DNA of 32,000 nt from Candidatus Lokiarchaeum ossiferum (GCA_025839675.1 CP104013.1:3240001-3272000), one strand, 5' to 3'. Shown: positions 18,010 through 25,981, numbered from the stretch's first letter. The notes: generated by a model from the sequence alone, not told the origin. Made by a program: numbers and translations.

Positions 18010-18879
18010 ATGAAACCCATTAAAAAAATATGGGGAATTGCATTTCTCGTACTGGGGATTGCTTCTGGAATCCCATTGGGAGAGTGCGAGGTAACCGAAG
18101 TTCCTTTGATTGCTGACACATTTATTTCCATATCTAGCTCCTCTGGAACGGATGTTATTGCCAACTATGGCCTTTCCGAATATTTATACATAGGAGATGG
18201 ATTTAACGGAGTGAGTATCACTGCCTTACGCTTTGGTTTTTCAGGCATTAGCACCCAAGATTTGAAGTTCTCTTTTTCTGCGAAGTGCACTGTTTATGGG
18301 GATCATACTCGGAAAGTGAAGGTGTTTCAAATCCAAGATGTGTCTTGGGATGAAATTAATGTTACAGGAATCGAGAACCCTTGGGATCTTGTGGATTTAT
18401 GGACAGCTAATGAAACTCAAGCAAATTTGACCTCACTTGTGGTGGGGGGAAGTACGGATTCTTTAGAATTTAATTTCACCACTGCTTTTCGCGGGGAATT
18501 AACTTTGATCCTCTGCACAGATCCATTAGATACGAGCTGGATCACATTGAATGCTAAGGAGAATGAATATTCTTGGATGTCCCCTGCAAGCATCACCTAT
18601 GAAGCATCGGCATCTACATCAACAACTTCAAGTAGTTCCCCAAATGGTTCTTCAGATGATGATTTCTCCTGGAGTGTTTTATTAGTCCCTGCTGTGATTA
18701 TAGGAGGGGTGGTTCTGATTGTAAAGCTAGGAAAGAAAAAAACTGTTTCTGCCCCGAAGGCGCGCAATTTTCCCTCAAGCCCAACAGCTGCAACCTATTC
18801 AAGTAAGACGTGTATCCATTGCGGGAAATTTCTCGAAGGGACCAGTAGATTTTGTAAATATTGCGGGAAAGAATCTTAA
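18010..18879 (+). CDS. type-I membrane protein: signal peptide, extracellular beta-rich domain (DNRLRE/CBM-like resemblance), S/T linker, TM helix, cytoplasmic zinc ribbon
   Basis: Signal-like IWGIAFLVLGIASGIPLG. ADTFISI...ALRFGF...VKVFQIQDVSWDEINVTGIENPW resembles DNRLRE-type domains. Also seen: SASTSTTSSSSPNGSS linker, TM helix VLLVPAVIIGGVVLIV, and CIHCG...(10)...CKYCG. Confidence 0.7.
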   Translation: MKPIKKIWGIAFLVLGIASGIPLGECEVTEVPLIADTFISISSSSGTDVIANYGLSEYLYIGDGFNGVSITALRFGFSGISTQDLKFSFSAKCTVYGDHTRKVKVFQIQDVSWDEINVTGIENPWDLVDLWTANETQANLTSLVVGGSTDSLEFNFTTAFRGELTLILCTDPLDTSWITLNAKENEYSWMSPASITYEASASTSTTSSSSPNGSSDDDFSWSVLLVPAVIIGGVVLIVKLGKKKTVSAPKARNFPSSPTAATYSSKTCIHCGKFLEGTSRFCKYCGKES

Positions 18880-18974
18880 ACCCCTTTTTTATCAAAAGAA
18901 AAACTTAATCAATTTGCCCAAAAATATCAAAACAAGTACTCAGATAAAAATGCAAATTTAGAGAGTGATAACCT

Positions 18975-20048
18975 ATGAACATCTTCGAACAATATATTCA
19001 GTTTTATACCATGCATCAAACTTGTGAACCCTTGGGATTGAACATTTGTCGCCAGTTCAGTAAATTCAGACCAGAAACCATATATCCGTTTCTAGAAGAC
19101 AGTATCAAATTGTTCATCCAAATGACTCGAGATTCTAAAGAAAATTTGGTCCGATTCCGCAAATTATACAACACGTTTACTAAAAAAAATAAAATTAATG
19201 ATTTAATCTATAATAATGACTTATTACGGGCGATCTCCGAAGACATCAAATATCACCACACTCAAGTGGGCAAGATTCTTAACGCAGATATTGATTTATC
19301 CAAAGAAATGAAATATGTCGGTGTTTCAGATGATGAAATATCGATCAAAGTTAAAAAAATGCAATCCTTAGTAGAAAAAACCATACAAATGGGGAAACAA
19401 GGAGATCAAATCCCTGCAGAACAGAATAAAAAATTCAAGGAATTAGTTTTCGAGGCCCGAGAAGATCCCCTTCATATTGAGAGAGATGTGGATCAGGTTA
19501 TGCAAGACATTAAGAATCGCTATGAAAGTTTTCGGTATATTATTGGTTTTTATTTGGCTGTGTTTGATACCATCGATTCCAAATTCAAAAAAAATATTAA
19601 TAAATGCTATTTCAACCCCAAACTTTCGGGATTTAGTAATATGTATCGGTATCCTGATAAATACAAATATAGTAAGTATAATCCGAGACGTGAATTACCG
19701 TGTTTAAGAACATATTTAAGAAATCCGCATAATCCCTATCCAAATATTGAACAAATTTTCAATTGGGTGTATCACAAGCAAAAAGTCAAGATGTTTCGTT
19801 TAACTGAAGCCCATAATATGCGAGATGTCAAGCAAGATCGATTGGATGAAAAGTTGTATGCAATCTATACTGGAAAAACTTTCAAGTATATTCATTTTGA
19901 GGAGATCTATACCATTCAAAATGATCTGAGCGTGCTTTCTCAACTCATAAATTGGAATATCTTGATGGTGGGGTTGAAAATGAATTTGAGAGCGTTACAT
20001 AAAGCTATTTTTGGGGTTGATGTTTTGAAGAAAGAAAAAAAGGACTAA
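18975..20048 (+). CDS. hypothetical protein (357 aa), family B of this window
   Basis: Long ORF with an ATG start. No recognisable motifs. Its first ~50 nt and upstream leader recur in degraded form at 24270-24345. Confidence 0.65.
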   Translation: MNIFEQYIQFYTMHQTCEPLGLNICRQFSKFRPETIYPFLEDSIKLFIQMTRDSKENLVRFRKLYNTFTKKNKINDLIYNNDLLRAISEDIKYHHTQVGKILNADIDLSKEMKYVGVSDDEISIKVKKMQSLVEKTIQMGKQGDQIPAEQNKKFKELVFEAREDPLHIERDVDQVMQDIKNRYESFRYIIGFYLAVFDTIDSKFKKNINKCYFNPKLSGFSNMYRYPDKYKYSKYNPRRELPCLRTYLRNPHNPYPNIEQIFNWVYHKQKVKMFRLTEAHNMRDVKQDRLDEKLYAIYTGKTFKYIHFEEIYTIQNDLSVLSQLINWNILMVGLKMNLRALHKAIFGVDVLKKEKKD

Positions 20049-20088
20049 ATTCTCTTTGCTATAGTTCATCGGAACCACAATCAATAGT

Positions 20089-20964
20089 TTATTTGATATT
20101 CTTAATGAACGATGAAGAGAAGTCTAAGATTATTCCTATGAGTGCTCCGATAATAAAAACGATGACTTCCAACCAGATTTTCTCCCATAATGATCGTATT
20201 TTTCCTGAGGGATTCACCTTTCGATGAGGCGGGAATTGATCAAAAAAAGGATCTCGGGAATATTTTTTTGGTAAATCATAATCATGGAGAACTTGATTTC
20301 CGAGTGTTTTATCCATGTCAAAACTAAACACACGAGACCGTCTACGGATTCCATGGGCCCCAATATAGATATCCTTCCATTTATCATCTGGTTGCTTCTC
20401 TTCTTTACCCTCTGGTTCAATTTGAACCTGAAGTAAATGCGCAGTTTTTGATATCAGGAACCCTATTTGCTTGAGGTAACCGGAGGGAATTTTAATATAT
20501 GGCGCCCATTTACGATTATTAACATATGGATTTATATCAGCGGCATCGAATCGTGCTTGAATAGTTTTTGGGAGATAGTTGGCTATAAAGAGATCATGCC
20601 CAAATTTTTGCTTCAACCTCCACTCTTTCTTCTTTTTTCGTGGAAACTTTGAAACCATATTCCCTTTTACTTTGGTGCTATCAGCATTAGTGTCAATCAA
20701 TAAAATACGTTTATCAGGCGAATCTGTTGGAAAAAGTGTTTGATCCGATTTGTCGTCCAATTTTATTTGGATATTTGATTTCATATCTTGAATTTCAAAC
20801 TCAGAAAACGATTTAGATTCCTCTTCTGTAATTTGCAGTTTTGATGATTGGGGTATAGTAAATTTTAGTTGGTTATTTTTATCACAAATCTTTAAATCCC
20901 ACTTTGAAAAATTGAAGATCCAAAAATGAGAGGCATTCGTTTTATTTTCGTTTTTTCTTAACAT
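20089..20964 (-). CDS. hypothetical tail-anchored membrane protein (291 aa)
   Basis: Long ORF with a single C-terminal hydrophobic helix (IWLEVIVFIIGALIGIILDF). No recognisable catalytic motif. Confidence 0.65.
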   Translation of the reverse strand: MLRKNENKTNASHFWIFNFSKWDLKICDKNNQLKFTIPQSSKLQITEEESKSFSEFEIQDMKSNIQIKLDDKSDQTLFPTDSPDKRILLIDTNADSTKVKGNMVSKFPRKKKKEWRLKQKFGHDLFIANYLPKTIQARFDAADINPYVNNRKWAPYIKIPSGYLKQIGFLISKTAHLLQVQIEPEGKEEKQPDDKWKDIYIGAHGIRRRSRVFSFDMDKTLGNQVLHDYDLPKKYSRDPFFDQFPPHRKVNPSGKIRSLWEKIWLEVIVFIIGALIGIILDFSSSFIKNIK

Positions 20965-21309
20965 CAGAAAGTCTCCTTGCAGTATAAATTTGGATATTTA
21001 GTTATTTTTGAGATATAGTATTTAAACTTTTATTATTAGGGAGATAAGAAAAGAACTCGGGAGAGGGACCAATATCATTTCTGGCTATAATTTAATAGAC
21101 AAGACACAATGCAAAATGAAATCATGATAGGTTTTAAGGGGTATTACCCCCGTAACATCTGTATTTGCCCTTCATGAGGGCAAACCATATAGACATAAAC
21201 TTTAACCAGCGATATGAGTAAATTTATCATTATACTAAAATTAACATGAGAATTATTCCTATATCTTCATACTCTCTCTAATAATATTTTATCAAAAACT
21301 CCGAATTTT

Positions 21310-21516
21310 TTACTGCTGAATATATCCAATATCATTTTCATTAATTTCTTTATTATACTTGTATTTGGAGTGAACATACCATGATAGTCCCGTTTGAGCG
21401 AGATCCCAAAAAAAAATCTCGCATTAGGCGATACTAAGGCCCAGTATCCCTCATCTGGCCAATTGGCATATATTTTAGCTTCAGTATCAGCATCATTTTT
21501 TTTTCCAAATATTCAT
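21310..21516 (-). pseudogene. small ORF broken twice at 9-nt homopolymer runs
   Basis: Hand translation: MNIWKKK / NDADTEAKIYANWPDEGYWALVSPNARFFF / WDLAQTGLSWYVHSKYKYNKEINENDIGYIQQ-stop. The frame changes at the T9 run (21496-21504) and the A9 run (about 21410-21418) on the plus strand. Confidence 0.3.
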
Positions 21517-21626
21517 TATTCACCTAGAAGAATAGGGCTGTTTACACTTTAAAACGGGAAAGGCTAAAATTTTTTATGGGAAGTAGAAGATAACTTCAAA
21601 AGGAGTTAACCGAGCAAATAGGAAAA

Positions 21627-22247
21627 ATGACAATGGAAAAAAAATTCGGAGAAGTATTCGGGAAATATAGAATTACAGACAAAGAATTTTGGTTTAAAAC
21701 CAATGAGAAGGAATATCGATTTCCCGTAAAGGATGTGAGGATTGAAATTCAAAGACCCAAATATTCAGGACCCTTCTATTTTGTTCAATATAACGACAAA
21801 TCCATTGATTTGGAGGATCTGAGGACTTATTGCTCAGAAATAAACAAAAGTCTTTTGAAATATCATGTATTCATGAAAAAAAAGAAGTATATCCGGATCA
21901 TCAAAGAATTAGTCTCTGAATTAAAAGAAGGGGATGAAGTAAAACTCGAGGAAGCCCTTAGTGTGGTTAAGGAAGAATATAAAATTTTACATGCAAAGGA
22001 GATTCGGGGAGTGTCCAAAAAAGTTTGGTCTAAACATCCTCAACGAACAATCTTAATTCCCGATTCCTTTCTTGAAAATTTCTTTCGTTTAATAGGGGAA
22101 CATATTTCAGGGTTTGAATTCGTGAGGTTGAAAAAAACTATTCGCATGAAGTCTGATATCTCCACTTCCCTCGATCAGATCGATGTGTTATTTGCAGACT
22201 GGGATTCGAATCCCCAAAAATATAAAAAAAGAACACTGGTTGATTGA
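21627..22247 (+). CDS. hypothetical protein, family A (paralogue of 25224..25976)
   Basis: The C-terminal ~110 aa align by eye with the 250-aa paralogue: ELKEGDEVKLEEA / ELMPGDEIPLVQA; SGFEFVRLKKTIR / NGFQYIRLKESIR; LDQIDVLFADWD / LAQLDNLFIEWD. Confidence 0.7.
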   Translation: MTMEKKFGEVFGKYRITDKEFWFKTNEKEYRFPVKDVRIEIQRPKYSGPFYFVQYNDKSIDLEDLRTYCSEINKSLLKYHVFMKKKKYIRIIKELVSELKEGDEVKLEEALSVVKEEYKILHAKEIRGVSKKVWSKHPQRTILIPDSFLENFFRLIGEHISGFEFVRLKKTIRMKSDISTSLDQIDVLFADWDSNPQKYKKRTLVD

Positions 22248-22293
22248 AACGGAAGAAGAAAAAACCTATTTGGAACAATTTAAAAAAATATTA
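22183..22293 (+). pseudogene. 5' part of a small ORF that ends its recognisable sequence at the right 39-bp repeat
   Basis: The frame overlapping the family-A 3' end reads MCYLQTGIRIPKNIKKEHWLIETEEEKTYLEQFKKIL, then diverges. The matching continuation (AISNKISQ...) lies after the left repeat at 17794. Confidence 0.3.
22255..22293. repeat. right copy of perfect 39-bp direct repeat
   Basis: Identical to 17755-17793, with an offset of exactly 4,500 bp. Confidence 0.9.
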
Positions 22294-22376
22294 ATCTCTT
22301 TCTGTTTTTCCCACAATCTCTCTTCTAATTCTTCATATATATCTTTACTCAGTTTTAAGTTCAACTTCTCCGACAC
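22266..22376 (-). pseudogene. short ribbon-helix-helix-like ORF or remnant running into the repeat
   Basis: The GTG-start frame reads VSEKLNLKLSKDIYEELEERLWEKQKEI, a beta-strand plus helix pattern typical of CopG/RHH N-termini. It is followed by NIFLNCSK-stop encoded inside the repeat, which is too short for a complete RHH domain. Confidence 0.25.
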
Positions 22377-22821
22377 ATTCTTGTTGTGCCGAAGGGTTTA
22401 AAAAAAATAAGTAAGTCCCATTATTTATTTTTGATGTAAATAGAAAAGTTCAATATCTAAAGATTAAAGTGAAATTAAGTGAATTAACTTAGCTGAAAAG
22501 TAAACATTAAAATAGGGAGGTTTCCTTATTATTGTTTCGGGTAATTTTAGCATAGTTTTAAATAGGCGTCGTGTTTTTAGTAACTTGTAAAAATGATTTC
22601 TATAGATTATGTCCAAATCACGTAAATTCTGGAAGAGATGTGCCTCATGGGTGAAGGAGAACATCTTTGATTTGATATTTTTATCTCTTGTAATCTACGA
22701 ACTCTTCATTAAGTAGGTTTTCTAAGAGATTAGTCACCCACCATTTTTTTTCTCTTTAGACTAATTTATTGGTCCACCAACATCATTGCTTTTAAATAAT
22801 TATTCTCTCTGGAAGTGTACG

Positions 22822-23130
22822 ATGACTCCTAAAAGAGTGAAAGCTGGTGCTGGTCCTTTTTCCTTTGAATGGGAAAATTGGATGAAAGATGATAATGCAG
22901 ATATCAAACGAATTAAAAGAATCGTTGATTCGTGGATTATCGCAATTGATATGGGTGGAGCAAGTATAACTGATGCAGAAATGACAAGTTTTTTTAAAAT
23001 AATGCGTAGTTATGGACATCTTGTGAAATTGAAGGATGATAAGGATTACTTAGAAAAATACAAAAAACTAAATGATTACTATAAAGAAAATTTCGAGTTC
23101 GGTGCGATTACCGTACGTAGAAGGCGGTAG
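22822..23130 (+). CDS. hypothetical protein (102 aa)
   Basis: ATG at 22822 within track ORF 22786..23130, which has a TTG start. No motif recognised. Confidence 0.4.
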   Translation: MTPKRVKAGAGPFSFEWENWMKDDNADIKRIKRIVDSWIIAIDMGGASITDAEMTSFFKIMRSYGHLVKLKDDKDYLEKYKKLNDYYKENFEFGAITVRRRR

Positions 23131-23286
23131 TTATTTAAGATATTGTTTGTTTCGCCTTCCAGCAATTACTATACCATTTTTACAGTAATTACAAATACAC
23201 TGCTTATGGTATTCATGTCCCACTGTAGTATAACATCCACAGGCATCACATATTACAGGGTCATCATAGTGTTTTTCTTCAATCAT
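23131..23286 (-). CDS. 51-aa cysteine-rich (zinc-ribbon-like) protein, not in the ORF track
   Basis: Hand translation: MIEEKHYDDPVICDACGCYTTVGHEYHKQCICNYCKNGIVIAGRRNKQYLK. It has CxxCxC...CxCxxC spacing. Its stop abuts the stop of the convergent 22822..23130 gene. Confidence 0.45.
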   Translation of the reverse strand: MIEEKHYDDPVICDACGCYTTVGHEYHKQCICNYCKNGIVIAGRRNKQYLK

Positions 23287-23410
23287 ATTTCCATAGGCAA
23301 AGGGGAAAACATATGCAAGGAAATGACAGCGTTTACAGAGGCGTTCAAAATAAATGGAGATTTCATTGTTGTATCAGATATTGAAGAATTTACAAAAAAT
23401 TTAGACTCGA

Positions 23411-23812
23411 TTGAGGAAATTGTTCGATTGGTTTCGAATTGATTCTAAAAGTACTAAAAAAGAAAATGAACATCCAAATGTTGCCAAGATCTTTCAAACT
23501 CCTTCAATCGATCTAAATGTAATTCTTTTCAAGTGGTTCTATTACATGACTCAACATGATTGGAAAAATGTGATTAAATTTTGTAGAAATTTGACATACA
23601 AAAATATTATTCTAAATTTCTTTGAGGGAAATTCACACAATCCAGGGATTGCTACTGGTGCTGATAGAGTTCGGTTTTATTCTGGAACTTTCAATTTTAT
23701 TTGTAACATGAAAAATTCCACAACTTTGCTACCAAATTCTATGGGGAGAGAGATTGACGAGGTGAGAGATATCAAAAGCTTCAATATTGTACTACAAGAA
23801 AAATTAAGTTAA
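23411..23812 (+). CDS. hypothetical protein (133 aa from a TTG start; first ATG much later)
   Basis: Open frame with no motif. A short upstream ORF (23323-23442, MTAFTEAFKINGDF...) overlaps it in another frame, so a frameshifted longer gene is possible. Confidence 0.3.
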   Translation: MRKLFDWFRIDSKSTKKENEHPNVAKIFQTPSIDLNVILFKWFYYMTQHDWKNVIKFCRNLTYKNIILNFFEGNSHNPGIATGADRVRFYSGTFNFICNMKNSTTLLPNSMGREIDEVRDIKSFNIVLQEKLS

Positions 23813-23833
23813 TTTAAGGAAATTTATTCTCCT

Positions 23834-24163
23834 TTGCATCTTGTCGATCTAATTAAAGAAATTGAAGAATTTCGGGACAATTTGATTCTAAATAACTATC
23901 ACTATGCTTTTATACCCGAAAATCGTTCTAAATTAGAAACAATTTGCAAATTAATCGATTTTACATGCGTAATAAAAAAAAATAGAATAAATATTGATCA
24001 AGGAAGAAGTCATATACATATCTCTAGAAATGAATTGAATGAATTTGATCTTCATTTAATTTTCTTTTCAAGAGAAATAAACGTTGTATGTGTGAGAAAA
24101 TTAAATTTAGACACTGGAAACTATTTGATCATAATGCAGCTTCTGCTCCTTCTCAAAAAATAA
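23834..24163 (+). pseudogene. start-less ORF (TTG only), probable 5'-truncated gene remnant
   Basis: 109 codons open, but the only ATG is 8 codons from the end. No motif recognised. Confidence 0.25.
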
Positions 24164-24269
24164 TCGCTTCCTTTTGTAATTTGATGATAAATAAAATCAA
24201 GGAACTTTTTTTTTCTGATTAAGGAAATACAAAATAATAAAGAGCAAAATTATTAATTTAAAATGTCTG

Positions 24270-24345
24270 TAGATAAAAAACGTGATAATTTATGAACATC
24301 TTTGAACAATAAATTCAGTTCTATACTATATTTAACTATGATCAT
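24270..24345 (+). pseudogene. degraded copy of the leader and first codons of the family-B gene (18975..20048)
   Basis: gtgataatttATGaacatctttgaacaataaattcagttctatac compares with gtgataacctATGaacatcttcgaacaatatattcagttttatac. A TAT to TAA change gives a stop at codon 7. Confidence 0.55.
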
Positions 24346-24442
24346 AAGTCTGAATTCATAAACTAGGACATTTTTGGGAGAATTACAAAAAAATTAGCTG
24401 AAATAATCTAAACAAGACAGAACAAGATGAAAAAAGAATTTT

Positions 24443-24661
24443 TTAAAAAGTATTATTATTGACTATCATAAAAAAAATGAAAATGACAATTATTATCACA
24501 CAAATGCTAGTGTATGTCGACTTAATTCCAGGCGAGGATGAATCGTCACTATCTTCATCTGGGCCATGTTCCCAAAAATCAAAAAGATCACCGTCATCAT
24601 GATCAACGTCATTATCAAAACTATCTGGGATACCATCCCCATCTCTGTCCCAACTTGTCAT
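24443..24661 (-). CDS. 72-aa acidic protein with thrombospondin-type-3-like Ca-binding motif and C-terminal TM helix (possible remnant of a surface-protein C-terminus)
   Basis: Seen: DRDGDGIPDSFDNDVDHDDGD, then an acidic linker, then ICVIIIVIFIFFMIV. An in-frame stop lies 10 codons upstream of the ATG. Confidence 0.4.
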   Translation of the reverse strand: MTSWDRDGDGIPDSFDNDVDHDDGDLFDFWEHGPDEDSDDSSSPGIKSTYTSICVIIIVIFIFFMIVNNNTF

Positions 24662-24813
24662 TACTTCTTTCCCTTGTGGTATTTTGATTTAATTAAAATA
24701 TAAATTAGTATTACATTTCAGTATATACTAGGTGGACTAAATGGCCATCGATCAAATCGCTTATTGTGATTTAGATACTTAATATTCCAATTCCTTTTTT
24801 TTAGTCATTATGT

Positions 24814-24912
24814 TTATTCCAAGGAAAAGACCAATGTGGTAGGATGATGAGCCAAAGGTTCCAGTATGGAACAATGCTCAAGGTAGAAGGGGAAATAGGA
24901 GGGATTGGGCAT
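24814..24912 (-). pseudogene. truncated copy (32 codons) of the N-terminal module of the 29494..30222 gene
   Basis: Hand translation MPNPSYFPFYLEHCSILEPLAHHPTTLVFSLE-stop compares with MPPFAEFPFCLENCHVLEPLPHHPKVVDFLRG. It is preceded by the same upstream element. Confidence 0.55.
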
Positions 24913-24937
24913 GAATCACCACTTTATTTTAAAGGAT

Positions 24938-24962
24938 TATAAAAAGATCACCATTGTGACAG
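24938..24962 (-). promoter_or_regulatory. conserved upstream element: TATA-like box plus TCACNATTGTGA palindrome (copy at the truncated module)
   Basis: tataaaaagatcaccattgtgacag matches 30249-30273 at 24 of 25 positions. On the minus strand the TTTTTATA lies about 26 nt upstream of the ATG at 24912. Confidence 0.4.
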
Positions 24963-25223
24963 TTATTCTTCCATTTTGAGATCCTTAAATGAGCAACAGT
25001 TATTCTTCCATTTTGAGCATCATTATATTGAGAGTCAGTTGACTCGTACCATCCCACCTTCGGCTATTTTATCGATCACTTCGCAAGGGATTGAGTTTTT
25101 GCAAATTCATGAAATTAATTTTGATCGAATTAGGGACTTTTTTATCCTAATTGATAAAGAAAAATCTGACTGTCGATTATTAATTCACAACTTTTATTTT
25201 CTTCTTCAACAGAGTTAATTTTC

Positions 25224-25976
25224 ATGGGAAAAAATGCACTCTTTGATGCTCTTCACACCTACTGGAAAACAGAAAGTAAAAAATATAACGGAAATGTACA
25301 AAGTAGGCAAAGTTTTGAAGATTATCAAAAAGAAACTTTTTCTCGAATTTTAGGAGTTAACATGTTGCAAGAAAACATTTTTACGTCCGATGGAGTAAAT
25401 CTTGCATGGGAAAAACGGAGTTCTAAAGAGTTGATGGAATATCAGTATCGATATCAGCCCATCCAAATTAAGAAAGGGCCAAATGTTAAAATATGGCAAG
25501 ACCAACTGACTTTTTCTGGAGAAAGAGGAACTCATACCCATCCTTTACTGGGTTTAAATAAAATCCCCGAGATAATTCAGAATGGTGCATTTGATCGTAT
25601 TCCAGATCATTATATGAAGAAAATTCAAAACTTTCTAACACCCAAATTATTAGCTGCTGAAAAACAAAAACTAATCAAGTTAATAAGTGAATTATTTGGA
25701 GAACTCATGCCGGGCGATGAAATTCCGCTCGTTCAAGCTGAAAAAATCATAAGACAAGAATTTTCATTCAATACTCTGACATCCAAGGATATTCTTGGAT
25801 TTTTAAAAGAAATCGGAACAAAACTCAATGGATTTCAGTATATACGATTGAAAGAATCTATTCGGTATAGCAAAGAAATCCTTCCATTATCAGCCAATCT
25901 TGCTCAATTGGATAATTTGTTCATTGAATGGGATCAAGCAATACAAACTAACAATCACAATAAGAAGAAGAAATAG
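25224..25976 (+). CDS. hypothetical protein, family A (paralogue of 21627..22247)
   Basis: C-terminal domain is shared with the 206-aa paralogue; the N-terminal 130 aa are unrelated. It ends 5 nt before the next ORF. Confidence 0.7.
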   Translation: MGKNALFDALHTYWKTESKKYNGNVQSRQSFEDYQKETFSRILGVNMLQENIFTSDGVNLAWEKRSSKELMEYQYRYQPIQIKKGPNVKIWQDQLTFSGERGTHTHPLLGLNKIPEIIQNGAFDRIPDHYMKKIQNFLTPKLLAAEKQKLIKLISELFGELMPGDEIPLVQAEKIIRQEFSFNTLTSKDILGFLKEIGTKLNGFQYIRLKESIRYSKEILPLSANLAQLDNLFIEWDQAIQTNNHNKKKK

Positions 25977-25981
25977 TTGAA

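Noticed and set aside
18975-20048. Family-B protein as the missing integrase of the repeat-bracketed block (AHNMRD resembles HxxR, with tyrosines 14-28 aa downstream)
   Set aside because: No convincing first catalytic Arg box, and no conserved Lys or second His. The overall sequence does not resemble tyrosine recombinases I can recall. Not supportable without a profile search.
21143-21185. tRNA-like hairpin: TTTGCCC-TTCATGA-GGGCAAA reads as an anticodon loop with CAT, preceded by a GGGG-TATTA-CCCC hairpin
   Set aside because: The stem is 7-8 bp rather than 5 bp. No T-arm (GTTCRA), acceptor stem or D-arm geometry can be built from the flanks. It is probably just two hairpins in a divergent promoter spacer.
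17755-22293. The exactly 4,500-bp offset between the 39-bp repeats as a meaningful number
   Set aside because: There is no reason to think the round number is anything but coincidence. What matters is the identity of the repeats and the unrelated flanks.
22464-22664. 66-aa minus-strand ORF in the spacer after the right repeat
   Set aside because: It has no motif, no partner and no ribosome-binding context, and it sits in a stretch that otherwise looks decayed. It cannot be supported as a gene.
23143-23442. 99-aa plus-strand track ORF
   Set aside because: Its 5' two thirds are the reverse complement of the more convincing 51-aa cysteine-rich ORF. Only the last ~39 codons (from the ATG at 23323) could be real, and they may belong to a frameshifted gene with 23411..23812.
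24976-25218. 80-aa TTG-start ORF upstream of the family-A paralogue
   Set aside because: It has no ATG, begins inside the 22-bp duplication, and its sequence has no features. It is likely non-coding leader or decayed DNA.
25224-25976. Family-A 250-aa protein as a gasdermin-like substrate of the downstream protease-like ORF
   Set aside because: Only size and gene order fit. The C-terminal half is predicted by eye to be helical and is shared with a paralogue that has no protease partner. There is no sequence evidence.
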